A stretch of 32,000 nucleotides of DNA from Isorropodon fossajaponicum endosymbiont JTNG4 (GTDB lineage: Bacteria; Pseudomonadota; Gammaproteobacteria; PS1; Pseudothioglobaceae): positions 60,001 through 92,000 of the forward strand of contig NZ_AP013043.1 of the NCBI RefSeq assembly GCF_016592615.1. Reading direction: 5' to 3'. A program made the translations under genes and the position numbers. Shown here piece after piece: positions 30,102-32,000 of the stretch. The stretch's first letter is position 1. Each line of letters opens with the position of its first letter. The notes beneath the pieces are model-generated. The model saw only the letters and a list, made by a program, of their open reading frames with translations. It searched no databases and was not told the origin of the DNA.

Positions 30102-30689
30102 TTATAAAGTTTTCCCTGTTAAAAAATTGTCCAACATTTCATGACCCTGTTCAGTCAAAATTGATTCCGGGTGAAATTGCACTCCTTCAATGGCAAGTTC
30201 TTTGTGCCTAACGCCCATAATTTCGTCCATCTTTCCCTTATTATCCTTAGTCCATGAGGTAACCTCAAAACAGTTTGGCAGGGTTGATTGCTGCGCTACC
30301 AACGAGTGATAGCGTGTTGCATTGAGTGGATTTTTAAGGTTTGTAAATATACCTTTATTGATGTGATGAATACTGGACACCTTGCCGTGCATAATTTTTT
30401 TTGCACCAATAATATGCCCGCCAAAAGCCTGGACCATAGCCTGAAACCCTAAGCAAACCCCTAAAATTGGTATTTTCTTAGAAAAGTGCTTAATAGCCTC
30501 AATTGAAATCCCCGCCTCATTTGGTGTACATGGACCTGGTGAAATTACCAAAAATTCAGGTGCAAGTTTTTCAATGCCTTGTATTGTAATTTCATCGTTA
30601 CGATACACTTCAACGGCCTGCCCCAACTCGCCAAAATATTGCACCAAGTTATAGGTAAATGAATCGTAATTGTCAATCATCAGTAACAT
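30102..30689 (-). CDS. Glutamine amidotransferase component II of anthranilate / aminodeoxychorismate synthase (TrpG/PabA)
   Basis: [27 protein letters not shown] (nucleophile Cys) and GVQFHPES. TrpG and PabA roles cannot be separated from the sequence alone. Confidence 0.92.
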   Translation of the reverse strand: MLLMIDNYDSFTYNLVQYFGELGQAVEVYRNDEITIQGIEKLAPEFLVISPGPCTPNEAGISIEAIKHFSKKIPILGVCLGFQAMVQAFGGHIIGAKKIMHGKVSSIHHINKGIFTNLKNPLNATRYHSLVAQQSTLPNCFEVTSWTKDNKGKMDEIMGVRHKELAIEGVQFHPESILTEQGHEMLDNFLTGKTL

Positions 30690-30697
30690 ACTGTGCG

Positions 30698-31411
30698 CTA
30701 TTTTACCGCTAAAAAGGAAGCGAAGTTAAGACACTGAAAATGACAAATACTATTTTTAAAGCCTGCTACGTTAAACCGCTTAAAGTGGGTTTTCTTGCTA
30801 TCCGTTATTAGTATATTTTCAATCGATTGACGTTTGTTTGCAATCTCAAGCTCGCTATAACCATTGGCGCGTTTAAAGTCCAAGTGTAACTTGGTGATTT
30901 GTTTTTGTTTTTGTTGATTGTCAAAATGAATTTTTTCAGAAATAATCAGCGCACCATTTTTATTTAAACCTTTATAAATTCTATCAATTAAGGTTTGTCT
31001 ATTGTTTGGTGCAATAAATTGCAAGGTGAGGTTAAGCACAATAATGGATGTATTTTCAAACTTCATATCAAGGATATCACCACAAATTACATTAACATTA
31101 TCAATTTTACCTGCTAAATTTTGCTGGCATTTTTTAACCATGTCTGGTGAATTATCAAGGGCAATAATTTGATTATTTGAGTGTGGGTTATTGATGCCCA
31201 GTGCAATAGAAGTAGCACCTGTTGAGGCGCCAAGGTCATAATAATTAGTATTGTCTTGGCCATAAGTTTTAACACTTAAGCTAATCATCTCGATCATAGA
31301 TTGATAACCAGGTACTGAGCGTTTAACCATGTCATCAAATACATCAGCCACTTGTGCATCAAAGGCGAAATCAACTAAGTCATTCTCTTTGGTGAAAATA
31401 TTATCGCGCAT
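30698..31411 (-). CDS. cmoA: Carboxy-S-adenosyl-L-methionine synthase
   Basis: [29 protein letters not shown]...[11 protein letters not shown]...LNLTLQFI is collinear with E. coli CmoA. Confidence 0.9.
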   Translation of the reverse strand: MRDNIFTKENDLVDFAFDAQVADVFDDMVKRSVPGYQSMIEMISLSVKTYGQDNTNYYDLGASTGATSIALGINNPHSNNQIIALDNSPDMVKKCQQNLAGKIDNVNVICGDILDMKFENTSIIVLNLTLQFIAPNNRQTLIDRIYKGLNKNGALIISEKIHFDNQQKQKQITKLHLDFKRANGYSELEIANKRQSIENILITDSKKTHFKRFNVAGFKNSICHFQCLNFASFLAVK

Positions 31412-31447
31412 TAGTTGGGCTGACTAATTTGCTTATTTTTATAAGGT

Positions 31448-31921
31448 CTATACGGCATATAAATTTTTTATAAAAAATTCACTGACCAACACTTGAGTTG
31501 AGCCAATGGTAAAAATAGACCTTCTGCCCCAAGTGCCATGTGTGTGGGTGATTTGTAGTTGACTACGTTTAATATTTTTATCATTAAACAACACCTCGCC
31601 TAAAGGCTTATTGCCAATTTTTAATAAGTTTTGTGTGTCGTTAGTGATGGGGATGATTGATCTAGCAAATACAACAACCTGATCATCTCCTAAAAGCTCT
31701 ACTTCACGCACGATAGATTGGCCGTTCCAGTTAAGTAACTCTGTTTCATCCGCATGTACAAGAGATTCCGCTTGTGATAAAACATTGATGGAAAAGTGAT
31801 TAAATTTCTGCTTTAATTTAGCGGTTAAGGATTGGTGGTCATCAAGCCAAGTAAGAACGTGATTAGGTATATTGCTCACTTGATTTAAGTTTGACCATAT
31901 CAAGTTTTTTGTGTTAATCAT
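31448..31921 (-). CDS. ubiC: Chorismate--pyruvate lyase
   Basis: 157 aa. ...LTWLDDHQSLTAKLK..., REVELLGDDQVVVFARSIIP, LGEVLF and WGRRS resemble E. coli UbiC (WLLLEDSMTKRFE, REILL..G.PWLAGRTVVP, LGRYLF, WGRRS). Confidence 0.75.
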   Translation of the reverse strand: MINTKNLIWSNLNQVSNIPNHVLTWLDDHQSLTAKLKQKFNHFSINVLSQAESLVHADETELLNWNGQSIVREVELLGDDQVVVFARSIIPITNDTQNLLKIGNKPLGEVLFNDKNIKRSQLQITHTHGTWGRRSIFTIGSTQVLVSEFFIKNLYAV

Positions 31922-32000
31922 AGTTGGGTTATTTTACGTCAACTAAGCACTTTTAAGTATTGCCATATTGGCTTTTATCATCAGTAATCCAACGAGTAAT

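Noticed and set aside
30698-31411. cmoA without an adjacent cmoB
   Set aside because: cmoA-cmoB linkage is not universal, and cmoB may be elsewhere in the genome. This cannot be assessed from one window.
31953-32000. Minus-strand reading frame entering from beyond the window edge (...ITRWITDDKSQYGNT-stop at 31953-31955)
   Set aside because: Only 15 codons are visible. That is too short to call a gene or identify a product.

Overview
This is an AT-rich gammaproteobacterial chromosomal window. It opens inside a 23S rRNA gene (about the first 280 nt lie off-window), followed by 5S rRNA and a strong terminator. Most of the rest is conserved housekeeping genes in orders known from E. coli and Pseudomonas: serS; yajC-secD-secF; fabA-fabB; folC-cvpA-purF-metZ; fxsA; trmB; xthA; pyrE; tcdA; tatD; rplM-rpsI; yibN-grxC-gpsA; a glutamine amidotransferase; cmoA; ubiC. 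Non-core content: (1) a roughly 2.9 kb nest of decayed insertion sequences at about 19565-22435, comprising two IS3-family elements, an IS5-family fragment and a possible fourth remnant. (2) Several decayed genes reconstructed by reading across frames: trxC, grxC, a bax-like glucosaminidase, and a DUF1223 gene cut by an in-frame TAA. Three of these four are CxxC thiol-redox proteins. (3) An MCR/EptA-like phosphoethanolamine transferase. (4) A 360-nt gap between trmB and an orphan 127-aa ORF. It holds a near-consensus sigma70 promoter, a long-range closing helix and a strong intrinsic terminator, so it is a candidate ~185-nt structured RNA or leader that I cannot assign to a known family. I see no CRISPR array, prophage, defence-type cluster or other convincing multi-gene novel system. 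The best leads are the candidate RNA plus orphan ORF locus and an unassigned 210-aa protein in a rhodanese/thioredoxin operon. The pseudogene and IS load suggests a genome undergoing reductive evolution, possibly host-associated; this is inference only. Every frameshift call needs read-level confirmation.
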